Of a stretch of DNA of 64,000 nt, positions 35,749 through 48,332 are shown piece after piece. This DNA comes from Squalus acanthias (taxonomy: Eukaryota), in assembly GCA_030390025.1 (NCBI GenBank), contig CM059432.1, positions 71,240,001-71,304,000 of the forward strand, in the 5' to 3' direction. The translations under genes and the position numbers were made by a program. Positions within the stretch are counted from its first letter, which is position 1, and each line of letters begins with the position of its first letter. The notes below the pieces were generated by a model. The model was not told where the DNA came from, did not search any database, and saw only the letters and a program-made list of their open reading frames with translations.

Positions 35749-37625
35749 ATGAGTGGTGCTAAACTGAAGGCTGCTCCACACTTCACTGAGGACTCCCTCA
35801 AGCTCTTGTGGAGGGAGTAAGAGGGCACAGGGAGATTCTGTTCCCTCCCGATGGCCGGAGGAAGCCTCCTCAGCAAACCAAGGCAGCCTGGCTACACATT
35901 GCTGAGGAGGTCAGCGCAAGGTCCATTTGTTCACGCACCTGGATCCAGTTCTGTGATCAGCAAAAGTGAGTATCACATCACACTTACCTTCATTCTGCTT
36001 CCCTTCTCTTCTCATCACCAGCACTCTGCTTTGTAAGCCTGCTCCTCCACATCCCACCTTGCCCTTACTTCCCTTACACCCTTACCTATCCATCTCTCTC
36101 TGTGAACTGAATGACCTCACCATCCTGCTATGCACCCCTCACACTCGCTGTCACTGTTATGCAATGACAACAACTAACAACGCACAGGGAGCTAGCTTCC
36201 TATTGGCACCTCACTCCATCCTCATCTCCCTCAAACCTTCTATGTTATGGATTCTTCACAGTCAATCCGTCACTCTCGCTGAAACTCCACTTGTGTCCCT
36301 CCTTGCAGGAAAAGATAGCCCACAATAAGAGGGGGAGCACACAGACAAGAGGAGGCACACCATCCCTCGCTACATTGACAAATGCTGAGGAGGCTGCGCA
36401 CGAGATCGTTGGAGGTGGCGAGGAGCTGGAAGTGGGGGACGGAGAGACGGGGGCACTAGACGAAGCTGGTGACAGAATAGAGTTTCATCCCTCTCATTTA
36501 GATTTAATGATTGACTGCAATGGCATATGATGTTCCTAGAGATTTGCTTTGTATCATCTGCACAAAATGATGTGTCTGCTGCGTCAAAATCAGATGTCTA
36601 ACTCATGCCTTTACTCTCCCACAGGACCATCGAGAGCCCCCCTCCCCACTGTCCAGGAGGAAGAACCAGACAACTCCTCAGAGAAGCCTGCAGCCTCTGA
36701 GGGAGCAGTGTCACCATTACTCAGCGCACCCAGCACCAGCACAGAGACACACACCTCGGCGGGGCGTTCGCGACATAGAGTAGTGTTGTCACCTGGTGTA
36801 TCGCAGCTCACAACTGAGCATCAGCAGATGGTGGAGACAGCGACAGCAGTGAGAGTCCTTGTCGGCGGTCACAGGACGCTGCCAGCTCTGCTCAGTTGTA
36901 TGCAGACGCTGTACCTCTGGGGCCATCCAGAAAGAGAGAGGTTCTGGAACTCCAGGAACAATTGCAGGAGTCTCTGACAGGGTTTGCATCCAGGGAAACT
37001 GCAAGTGTGGAGAGAATGGAGGAGTCTATCTCAAACATGAGCAATGCCTTTATGGATGCAATGGTGCATGAACGTTCCGCCAAGGAGAGGGTGGCAACCT
37101 CCATGGAAGACATAAGTCGCCAGACTCACGAAAACATGTTGACTCTTCAAAATAGATTGTCTGCAATGGAGGAGAGATGGGCATCTATTGAGGAGAGACA
37201 CCAGAGCTTCATGGACGTCCTTGTTATGAGGAATGCCAATACAGAGATGGGTCTTCATGGCCCCACTGATGTGCAGCAAAGTGCTCTCCAGCCACTTGCT
37301 AGCAGTGAAGTGCGGCTAACCCATGAGAGGGATGTTGGTGGCAGGCAACACGGAAGTGTGGGCCCCTCTCCAAGCGCTCACACAGCTATGCCACTGCGGA
37401 GCCCTCGGTCAGAGCCCCAGATTCCTTACCCAACTGAGATGGCCGTCTGAGCCCCTGCACAGCCGCAGGAACATCAACTGTTGCAGAACCCTCCCAGGCT
37501 CCCAAACCCAGAGGATGCCCGCCAAAGGCGTCTAAGCAGGCATAGCATCAAAGTCAGCAAGGTGCCTCTACATCTGCTGAAGCCACAGGGGAAGCACACG
37601 TAAGAGGAAGATAAAGCACAAATAG
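35749..37625 (+). pseudogene. Harbinger Myb/SANT-like gene, 3 exons (35749-35965, 36309-36468, 36625-37625)
   Basis: KAAPHFTEDSL, W.HIAEEVSA, exon 2 EKIAHNKR...GG; GT-AG sites; coiled-coil-like exon 3; frameshifts. Confidence 0.8.
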
Positions 37626-37924
37626 TCACAAGGGGAGACACTTGGGTGTTTTGTTCTGTTGTCTTTGGTTCTGTGTAATATTTTGCATTGTCATGCTTTT
37701 GTGAATGTAGTAAACAAAAGTGATGGCAAACAGTTGAAGGTCTGGCCTATGTGTTCTGGGAAATGGAAGTTGCACATTGAGGGCTCAGGGCGACTTGCAT
37801 TTGTAATCATGATGGTGAAGTGATAGGAAACAACCGCTTATTGCAGAGATGATGTATGGCACTGTAGGAAGGTCACATCCACATTCATAGCCATATGCTA
37901 GCCACCTGTGGTTGAAGAGTAAGC

Positions 37925-39169
37925 TTACGCGAATCTGGCATGGATGAGTGCATCCCTTGCGTGACGGCTAGCAATGAGCTTGAGTGCTGCTGCATTGGTC
38001 ACATCCGGACCCGCAAAGCATGCCTCCTCCTCGTCCTCCTACTCCTCCTCGTCCTCCTCCTCTTCTTCTGAGGAGGCTGTGCACTGAGCCACTTGTTCCT
38101 CAGGGAGCGCTAAGCCATGCTGCTGTGAGATGTTGTGCAGGGCACAGCAGACGACGATCATTCTGGATACCATGGCTGGTGCAGACTGCAGGGCTCCACC
38201 AGATCTGTCGAGGTATCGGAATCGCACTTTGAGAGAGCCGATGGTTTGCTCTATGATGCTTCTGGTGGAAAAGTGGCTCACATTGTACCGCTTCTCAGCC
38301 TTGTTTGATGGCCTCCTCATCGGTGTCATGAGCCACTTTTTCAGGGATAACCCTTGTCGCCAAGTGGCCATCCGGAAAGTTGGGTTGGCGGATTGAAGAG
38401 CTGAGGCCCAGTAGACTGCTGCAGGATGAAGGAGTCATGGCAACTGCCAGGGTACTTGGCGCAAACATGCATGATGATCTTCCTGTGGTTACACACCAGC
38501 TGGACGTGAAGGGAGTGGAAGCCCTTGCGTTTGACAAAATCAGCTGGGTTGTGATGGGGTCCCCTAATGGCCACATGTGTGCAGTCTATGGCGCCCTGCA
38601 CCCTTGGCAAGCCTGCCAGCTTTGCAAAGCCAACCACACGCGCAGTTACACTTGCTTCATCTGTGGAGAAGTGGATGTAATTGTGCGCCTTTTCAAAGAG
38701 GGCATCGGTGGCCTGCATGATGCAGGCGTGTGCAGCCGACTGGGAGATGCCGCTAATGTCTGCAGATGATCCCTGGAAGGAGCCCGAAGCAAAGAAGTTG
38801 AGTGCGGTGGTGACTTTGACAGCCATTGGTAAGAGGTGTCCACCCGCTCCTCTGGTCTCCAGGTATTGGTGCAGCATTGTGCAGATGTCAGCGACTATGT
38901 CTCGCGGAAGTCTCAGCCTCCTTTGGCACTGCTGCTCACTCATGTTGAGAAAGCTCATCCTCTGCCTGTAAAGCCGGTGTTGGGGGTTTCTCCTGCAGTG
39001 AGGAGCAGGCCTGCGCTGACGCCTTCTGCCCTGGGCATCATCAGGTGGCTGAGGAGAAGGTTGGCGCTCCTGCTGTTGGTGCTGCTGCTGTGCCTGGTTG
39101 TGCTGCTGCTGCCATGGCTGCTGTTACTCCGAATCTGACGACCAGGATGAGAGGATATAAATGGTTCCC
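37925..39169 (-). pseudogene. Harbinger (HARBI1-like) DDE transposase, frameshifted
   Basis: [46 protein letters not shown], acidic tail, ARDALIHARFA*; frameshift ~38345; start codon uncertain. Confidence 0.92.
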
Positions 39170-40567
39170 TTACCGCTGGTATATATCTCAGTCAAGGAAT
39201 GGAGGTTGTGTGCGCTCAGACAAAGTGACCAGAGGGTCTTCCAAGGAGGTCACACTGCACTTGGATTTCAGCCTCAACACTCACAAGATTAGTTGAGCTG
39301 CAAAATGTCTCCCAAACCTCAAAGCACTAAGTTGTGGCATGTGAAAGAACGAGAGATTGAAGGACCACTTTTAAGCTGCTCGAGCAGCTGGCAACAATTC
39401 AGGTCCTCGCTCAACCCGGCTCGATTCACCTGGCGTGTTTTTATGAAGGCGGGCTGCATGTTGAAAAACCTCCAAAATTTGATCAGCCCTTTAAAATAGG
39501 ATTATCCTGCCAGTTAACGACCTGTCCCGCCATTCGGTGTCGGGTCAGTTCGGGAGCAGCTGGCCCGACACTTACCAAAGTCACGTGGAGGCGGGATAGA
39601 GGCGGGTTCACAGCCCGCCCCCAATTTCTCTGATTTTTGCTGCAGACCCGCCTCCAAACCCACGCCCTCAGTGCAATTAAATTCGCAGCCAAAGTATTTG
39701 TTTAATTTTTCTGCCATTTCCTTATCACCATTATAATTTCTCCTGCCTCAGCCTGTAAGGGACCCACATTTACATTTGCTAATCTTTTCCTTTTTACATA
39801 CCTATAGAAGCTTTTACAGTCTGCTTTTATGTCTCTCGCTGGTTTACTCTCATATTCTATTTTCCTTTTCTTTATCAATTTCTTGGTCCTCCTTTGCTGA
39901 ATTCTAAAATCCTCCCAATCCTCAGGCTTACTATTCTTTTTGGCAACATTATAAGCCTCTTCCTTTGATCTGATACTATCCTTAACTTCTCTTGTTAGCC
40001 ACGGTTGGACCACTTTTCCCGTGGGGTTATTGTGCCTTAAAGGAATGTATATTTGTTGTAAATTATGTATTAATTCTTTAAATGCTAGCCATTGCTTCTC
40101 TACCATCATACCTTTTTAATGTAATTTCCCAATCTACCTTAGCCAACTCGCCCCTCATACCTACGTAGTTTGCTTTGTTTAGATTTAAGCTCCTAGTTTT
40201 GGATTTAACTAAATTACTTTCAAACTCATTATAAAATTCTATCATATTATGGCCACTCTTCCCTAAAGGCTCCTTTAATACAAGGTTATTAATTAACCCT
40301 TTCTCATTGCACAATACTAGATCTAAAATAGCCTGTTCCCTAGTTGGTTTCTCAGGTGAGTATTTATACTACTCTATAGTTTGACAGTTAAGGTTAATAG
40401 TTTATAACGTTTAGAAGGTCCTAATTTTGTGGTTATAGTTTCTAAGGTCTCTGTTGTGTAGCGGGGAGTGCTAGTAAACAAGGGCCCTTGAGTATATAAT
40501 TTAATTGTAGTGTAATTAGTGGTATTGATTTCATTTAATTTAATTTGAGTTAATTAAAGGGTAAGTC

Positions 40568-41518
40568 ATGGCAGCACGGCTCGGCCCCGTGGCATGCTCC
40601 TCCTGCACTATGTGGGTAATCAGGGACACTTCCTTTGTCCCTAATGACCATGTGTGCGGGAAGTGTATCCAGCTGCAGCTACTGGCAGACCGCATTACGG
40701 CACTGGAGCTGCGAATGGATGCATACTGGAGCATTCACGATGCTGAGGACGTCGTGGATAGCACGTTTAATGAGTTGGTCACACCGCAGGTAAAGGCTGC
40801 ACAGGCAGGAAGGGAATGGGTGACCACCAGGCAGAGTAGTAGGCGCAGGCAGGTAGTGCAGGGGTCCCCTGTGGCCATCCCCCTCTCAAACAGATATACC
40901 GCTTTGGATATTGTTGAGCGAGATGGCTTATCGGGGGAAGGCAGCAGCAGCCAACTTCCTGGCACCATGGGTGGTTCTGCTGCACAGGACGGGAGGAAAA
41001 AGAGCGGGAGAGCTATAGCGATAGGGGATTCTATTGTAAGGGGAATAGATAGGCGTTTCTGTGGCCGCAAATGAGACTCCAGGATGGTATGTTGCCTCCC
41101 TGGTGCAAGGGTCAAGGATGTCTCGGAGCGGCTGCAGGGCATTCTGGAGGGGGAGGGTGAACAGCCAGTTGTCATGGTGCATATAGGTACCAACGATATA
41201 GGTAAAAAACGGGATGAGGTCCTAAAAGCTGAATATAGGGAGTTAGGAGGTAAATTAAAAAATAGGACCTCAAAGGTAGTAATCTCAGGATTGCTACCAG
41301 TGCCATGTGCTAGTCAGAGTAGAAATAGAAGGATATTTCAAATGAATACATGGCTAGAGGAATGGTGCAAGTGGGAGGGATTCAAATTCCTGGGACATTG
41401 GAACCGGTTCTGGGGGACGTGGGACCAGTTCAAACTGGACAGTTTGCACCTGGGCAGAACCAGGACCGATGTCCTAGGGGGAGTGTTTGCTGGTGCTGTT
41501 GGGGAGTTTTTAAACTAA
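40568..41518 (+). pseudogene. CR1 ORF1: zinc finger/leucine zipper plus SGNH esterase
   Basis: CSSC..CGKC, IGDSIVRG, PGARV, GTNDIG, DSLHL; in-frame TGA at 41072. Confidence 0.9.
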
Positions 41519-41691
41519 AATGGCAGGGGGTTAGGAACCTGTGCAGGGAGACAGAGAAAAGGGAAGCGAGGATAGAAGCAAAAGACAGGAAGGAGAAAAG
41601 CAAAAGTGGAAGGCAGAGAAATCAAGGGTGTAAATTAAACATGGCCACAGTAAACAATAATTCTAAAGGTCTAAGAGTGTTAAAAAAACAA

Positions 41692-44499
41692 GCCTGAAGG
41701 CTTTGTGTCTTAATGCAAGGAGCATTTGTAATAAGGTGGATGAATTAGCTGCGCAAATAGATGTAAGCGGATATGATATAATTGGGATTACAGAGACATG
41801 GCTCCAGGATGACTAAGGCTGAGAATTCAACATCCAGGGGTATTCAATATTCAGGAAGGACAGGCAAAAAGGAAAAGGAGGTGGGGTAGCATTGCTGGTT
41901 AAAGAGGAGATTAACACAATAGTAAGGAAGGATATTAGCTCTGATGATGTGGAATCTGTATGGGTAGAGCTGAGAAACACCAAGGGGCAGAAAACATTAG
42001 TGGGAGTTGTATACACACCCCCAAACAGTAATGCTGAGGTTGGGGATGGCATTAAATGGGAAATTAGAGATGCGTGCAATAAGGGCACAGCAGTTATCAT
42101 GGGTGACTTTAATCTACATATAGATTGGGCTAACCAAATTAGTAACAATACTGTGGAGGAGGAATTCCTAGAGTGTATACGGGATGGTTTCCTGGACCAA
42201 TATGTCGAGGAACCAACTAGAGATCAGGCCATCTTAGACTGGGTATTATGTAATGAGAAAGGATTAATTAGCAATCTTGTTGTGCGAGGCCCCTTGGGGA
42301 GGAGTGATCATAATATGATAGAATTCTTCATTATGATGGAGAGTGAAGTAGTTGACTCAGAGACTGCGGTCCTGAATTTAAACAAAGGAAACTATGATGG
42401 TATGAGGCGCGAGTTGGCTAGGATGGATTGGGGAACGTTACTTAAAGGGTTGACGGTGGATAGGCAATGGCAAACATTTAAAGATCGCATGGATGAACTA
42501 CAGAATTTGTTCTCCTTGTTTGGTATAAAAATAAAACAAAAAAGGTGACTCAACCGTGGCTAACAAGGGAAAAAAGGGATAGCGTAAGATCCAAGGAGAG
42601 GACATATAAATTGGCCAGAAAAAGCAGCAAACCTGAGGATTGGGAGCAGTTGAGGATTCAGCAAAGGAGGACAAAGGGATTAATTAAGAGGGGTAAAAGA
42701 GAGTATGAGAGTAAGCTTGCAGGGAACATAAAACTGAATGTAAAAGCTTCTATAGATATGTGAAGAGAAAAAAATTGGTGAAGTCAAGCGTAGGCCCCTT
42801 GCAGTCAGGATCAGGGGAATTTATAATGGGGAACAAAGAAATGGCAGACCAATTAAATACATACTTTGGTTCTGTCTTCACAATGGAGGACACAAATAAC
42901 CTCCTAGAGATGTCGGGGAACATAGAGTCTAATGAGAGGGAGGAACTGAATGAAATCAGTATTTGTAGGGAAATGGTGTTAGGGAAATTGACAGGATTGA
43001 AGGCCGATAAATCCCCAGGGCCTGATAATCTACATCCTAGGGTACTTAAGGAAGTGGCCCGAGAAATAGTAGATGCATTGCTGATCATCTTCCAAAATTC
43101 TATAGACTCTGGACCAGTTCCCATGAATTGGAGGGTAGCTAATGTAACCCCACTATTTAAAAAAGGTGGGAGAGAGAAAATGGGGAATTATAGACTGGTA
43201 AACCTGACATCGGTAGTGGGGAAAATGCTAGAGTCCATTATAAAGGACGTAATAGCAGAGCATTTGGAAAACAGTGACAGGATCGGACAAAGTCAACATG
43301 GATTTACAAAAGGTAAATCATGCTTGACTAATCTACTGGAATTTTTTGAGGGTGTAACTGGTAGAATAGATAAGGGAGAACCAGTGGATGTGGTGTGTTT
43401 GGACTTTCAGAAGGCTTTCGATAAGGTCCCGCATAAGAGATTAGCATGCAAAGTTAAAGCACATGGGATTGGGGGTAAAGTACTGACTTGGATAGAGAAC
43501 TGGTTGGCAGACAGGAAGCAAAGAGTTGGAATAAACAGGTCTTTTTCCGAGTGGCAGGCAGTGACTAGTGGGGTACCGCAGGGATCGGTGCTAGGACCAC
43601 AGTTATTCAGAATATATATTAATGATCTAGACGAGGGAACTAGATGTAATATCTCCAAGTTTGCAGATGACACAAAGCTGGGTGGGCGTGTGTGCTGTGA
43701 GGAGGATGCAGAGAAATTCCAGTATGATTTGGACAGGTTGGGTGATTGGGCAGATGCATGGCAGATGCAGTATAATGTGGATAAATGCGAGATTATCCAC
43801 TTTGGTAGCAAAAACAGGAAGGCAGATTATTATCTGAACGGCAATAGATTGGGAAAAGGGGAAGTGCAACGAGACCTGGGTGTCCTTGTGCACCAGTCGC
43901 TGAAGGTACACATGCAGGTGCAGCAGGCGGTTAAGAAGGCAAATAGTATGTTGGCCTTCATAGCGAGAGGATTCGAGTACAGGAGCAAGGATGTCTTGCT
44001 GCAGTTGTACAGGGCCTTGGTGAGATCACACCTTGAGTATTGTGTGCAGTTTTGGTTGCCTTATCTGAGGAAGGATGTTCTTGCCATGGAGGGAGTGCAG
44101 CGAAGATTCACCAGACTGATACCTGGGATGGCAGGAATGACGTATGAAGAGAGATTGGGTCAATTAGGCTTATATTCGCTAGAGTTTAGAAGAATGAGAG
44201 GGAATCTCATTGAAACTTATAAAATTCTAACAGGACTAGACAGACTAGATGCAGGGAAGATATTCCCGATGGCGGGGGAGTCCAGAACCAGGGGTCACAG
44301 TCTAAGGATAAGGGGTAAGCCATTTAGGACTGAGATGAGGAGGAATTTCTTCACCCAGAGAGTAGTGAACTTGTGGAATTCTCTACCACAGAAGGCAGTT
44401 GAGGCCAATTCATTAAATATATTCAAGAAGGAGTTAGATATATTTCTTAAGGCTAAATGGATCAAGGGATATGAGGAGAAAGCAGGGACAGGGTACTGA
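41692..44499 (+). pseudogene. CR1 ORF2: AP endonuclease plus reverse transcriptase
   Basis: ITETW, MGDFN, SDHN; 579-aa open RT segment 42760-44499 with FADD; stops and frameshifts upstream. Confidence 0.93.
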
Positions 44500-46299
44500 A
44501 TTTGGATGATCAGCCATGATCTCATTAAATGCGGAACAGGCTCGAGATGCCGAATGGCCTACTCCTGCACCTATCTTCTATGTTTCTATGTTTCCTCAAC
44601 ATACTGATCTAGAAAACTATCTTGCATACATTCCATGAATTTGTCCTCCATACTATTACTGCAAATTTGGTTTGCCCAGTCTATATGTAGATTAAAGTTC
44701 CCCACGATTACTGTATTACCCTTGTTACATGTGCCTCTAATTTCCTGATTTATACTCTGCCCTACATTACAACTACTGTTCGGGGGCCTATAAACAACTC
44801 CCACCAATGTTTTCTGCCCCTTGCTGTTTCTTAGCTCCACTAAAACTGATTCTACTTCTTGATTTTCCGAGCTAAGATCCTTTTTCTCTACTGTCTTTAT
44901 CCCATCCTTTATTATCAGGGCTACCCCTCCTCCTTTTCCATTTTGTCTATCTCTTCTAAAAATTAAGTATCCTGGAATATTTAGTTCCCAACCTTGGCCA
45001 CTTTGCAATCATGTCTCCATTATGGCTATTAGATCAAACCTGTTAATTTCTAGCTGCGCTATTATTTCATCTATTTTGTTGCGAATGCTTCGCGCATTCT
45101 GATATAGTGCCTTTAGCTTTGACTTATTTATCTTTTTCCCTGATGTCACCTTAGTCACTGATGCCCTTTTACCTTTGTTACTCGCTCTGTCCCTTCCTGA
45201 CCCACTCTGTTTATTTTTACCCAAATCTCTACTCTTCTCTAGAGGCTTGGCATTTCTCATGCTGCTTTTAAATTTACTCTTTCCTGAATCCTCCCAGCCC
45301 CGCTTCAATAGTTTAAAGCTCTGTCTACTGCCCTAGTTATTCGGTTCGCCAGGACACTGGTCCCAGCCTGGTTTAAGTGGAGCCCATCCCAACGGAACAG
45401 CGCCCTCTTTCCCCAGTACTGGTGCCAGTGCCCCATGAACTGAAACCCCTTCCTCTCACATCACTCTTTGAGCCACACCCTTAAACCTCTAATCTGTTTG
45501 TCCCTCTGCCAATTTGCGCGTGGCTCAGGTAACAATCTTGAGATTATTACCCATGAGGTTCTGCTTTTTAATTTGGATCCTAGCTCCTCAAACTCCCTCA
45601 GCAGAACCTCATTCCTAGTTCTACTTATGTCATTGGTTCCTACGTAGACAACAACAACTGGATCCTCCCACTCCCACTCCAAGTTCTCCTCCAGCCGTGA
45701 GGAGATGTCTTTAACTCTGGCACTGGGCAGGCAACACAACCTTTCGAACTCTCAGCCGTGGCTGCAGAGAACAGTATCTATCCCCCTGACTATACTGTCC
45801 CCTACCACAACTACATTCCCTTTCACTCCCCCCACTTGAATTGCCTCCTGCACTATGGTGCCATGGTCAGCTTGCTCATCCATCCTGCAGGCTTTTCCCT
45901 CATTCACATAGGCAGCAAGAACCTCATACCTGTTGGACAAGGGCAAAGGCTGAAGCTCCTCCAGCATTGCACCTGGGGTCCCCTTACCTGCCTGAGTTGC
46001 AAACACACCCTCCTGTCCCTGACTACTAACCAGACCTGTACCACTACCTAACCTGATTGCCTCCTGGATAAAAGTGTCCAGGTAACTCTCCCCATCCCTG
46101 ATGCCCCGCAATGTCTGCACCTCAGACTCCAGCTCAAAAACTCTGAGCTGAAGTTCCTCAAGATGCAGGCACTTACAGCAAACATGGCTGTCCGGGATCA
46201 CAATGCTCTCCACAAACTCCCACATGCTGCGGTTGTGGCACACCACCTGCACTGCCATCCCTATGTGACCTTGTTTTATTTAATTAATTTAAAAAAAAA

Positions 46300-47835
46300 A
46301 TTGTTCATGGGATGTGGGCATCACTGGCAAGGCCGGCATTTATTGCCCATCCCTAATTGCCTTTGAGAAGGTGGTGGTGAGTCACCTTCTTGAACCGCTG
46401 CAGTCCGTGTGGTGAAGGTACTCCCACAGTTCTGTTAGGGAGGGAGTTCCAGGATTTTGACCCAGCGATGATGAAGGATCGGCGATATACTTCTAAGTCA
46501 GGATGGTGTGTGACTTGGAGGGGAACTTGGAGGTGGTGGTGTTCCCATGCTCCTGCTGCACTTATCCTTCTAGGTGGAAGAGGTCGCGGGTTTGGGAGGT
46601 GCTGCCGAAAAAGACTTGGCGAGTTGCTGCAGTGCATCTTGTTGATGGTACACACTGCAGCCACAGTACGCTGGTGGTGGAGGAAGTGAATGTTTAAGGT
46701 GATGGATGGGGTGCCAATCAAGCAGGCTGCCTTGTCCTGGATGGTGTCGAGCATCTTGAGTGTTGTTGGAGCTGCACTCATCCAGGCAAGTGGAGAGTAT
46801 TTCATCACACTCCTTACTTGTGCCTTGTAGATGGTGGAAAGGCTTTGGGGAGTCAGGAGGTGAGACACTCACCACAGAGTACCTAGCCTCTGACCTGTTC
46901 TTGTTGCCACAGTATTTATGTGGCTGGTCCAGTTAAGTTTCTGGTCAATGGTGACCATCAGGAAGTAGATGGTGGGGGATTCGTTGATGTTAATGCCGTT
47001 GAATGTCAAGGGGCGGTGGTTAGACTCTCGCTTGTTGGAGATAGTCATTGCCTGGCACTTGTGTGGCGCGAATGTTACCTGCCACTTATCAGCCCAAGCC
47101 TGAACGTCGTCCAGGTCTTGTTGCATGCGGGCATGGACTGCTTCATTATCTGAGGAGTTGTGAATGGCACTGAACACTGTGCAGTCATCAGCGAACATCC
47201 CCATTTCTGACCTATTGTTGGAGGGAAGGTCATTGATGAAGCAGCTGATGATGGTTGGGCCTAGGACACTGCCCTGAGAAACTCCTGCAGCGATGTCCTG
47301 GGGCTGTGATGATTGACCTTCAAGCACCACAACCATCTTCTTTTGTGCGAGGTATGAATCCACCCAGTGGAGAGTTTTCCCCCTGATTCCCATTGACTTC
47401 AGTTTTACTAGGGCTCCTTGATACCACACTCGGTCAAATGCTATCTTGATGTCAAGGGCAGTCACTCTCACCTCACTTCTGGAATATAGCTCCTTTGTCC
47501 ATGTTTGGACCAAGGCTGTAATGAGGTCGGGAGCCGAGTGGTCTTGGCGGACCCCAAACTGGGCATCAGTGAGCTGGTTATTGGTGAGTAAGTGCCGCTT
47601 GATAGCACTGTCGATGACACCTTCCATCACTTTGCTGATGATTGAGAGTAGAGTGATGGGGCGGTAATTGGCCGTATTGGATTTGTCCTGCTTTTTGTGG
47701 ACAGGACATACCTGTGCAGTTTTCCACATTGTCGGATAGATGCCAGTGTACTGGACCAGCTTGGCCAAAGGCACGGCTAGTTCTGGAGCAGAAGTCTTAA
47801 GCACGACAACCAGGATTTTGTCAGGGCCCATAGCC
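46300..47835 (-). mobile_element. 5'-truncated LINE of a distinct CR1-group family
   Basis: NYRPITLLS, DIKIAFDRVW, QGSVLGP, FADD; C-terminus and 3' UTR unlike the other CR1s; exact clade not determined. Confidence 0.85.
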
Positions 47836-47837
47836 GC

Positions 47838-47962
47838 TAAGGCAGTAACTCCGCCAGAAGTGCGGCAGAAATCCCATCTATGTGCATAAATGGGGTTTAC
47901 CGCCACACTTCCGGAAAAGTTACAATAGTGGAATGGGAACAGCTCTGAGGAAATTTCTGGCC
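47838..47962. mobile_element. Short palindromic MITE fragment
   Basis: Ends GGAAATTTCTGGCC; related to 58531-58623. Confidence 0.55.
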
Positions 47963-48332
47963 ATAGTGTTGAAGAGAATCCTTGGCAGTTCTTTTTTATT
48001 TGGTTGCCAAATGAAATCAAATACAGTGGAATGTTGTAATATTTAATATATCAGGATGAACAAAACAGAAGCTTAGAACCCTACATTGAAAATAATAAAA
48101 TGATAACAATAATGTTGATTAAGTTTGGCATAAATTAAGAATTTATAATAATCAACATTGTGTTCTTAGGATTAAATTCCAATGCTAGGACCAGAATCCT
48201 GGCGAGTTGTACTGATGTTTGGATAACTACTATATTTTCATCTTTAGCCATTCCAGGATAAATTGTCTTGGCTTCAAAGGCAGTATTACAGTCTATTGCA
48301 TGCCCAAACCAACATGGCACTGGGTCCACTTT

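Larger units (their letters stand above)
35503..39690. mobile_element. Near-complete Harbinger transposon (4188 bp)
   Basis: 17-bp TIR GGCCGCAAATTTAATTG / CAATTAAATTCGCAGCC; TSD AAA; convergent Myb and transposase genes. Confidence 0.95.
40353..44591 (+). mobile_element. Near-full-length CR1 LINE
   Basis: ORF1 plus ORF2 plus (CTATGTTT)n tail; inserted into the outer CR1. Confidence 0.95.
28888..46290 (-). mobile_element. Outer near-full-length CR1 LINE in pieces (28888-29115, ~34208-35502, 39691-40352, ~44592-46290)
   Basis: Pieces are colinear: ORF1 zinc finger/esterase (45461-46258), endonuclease (44586-45100), linker and RT; junction sequences rejoin. Confidence 0.85.
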
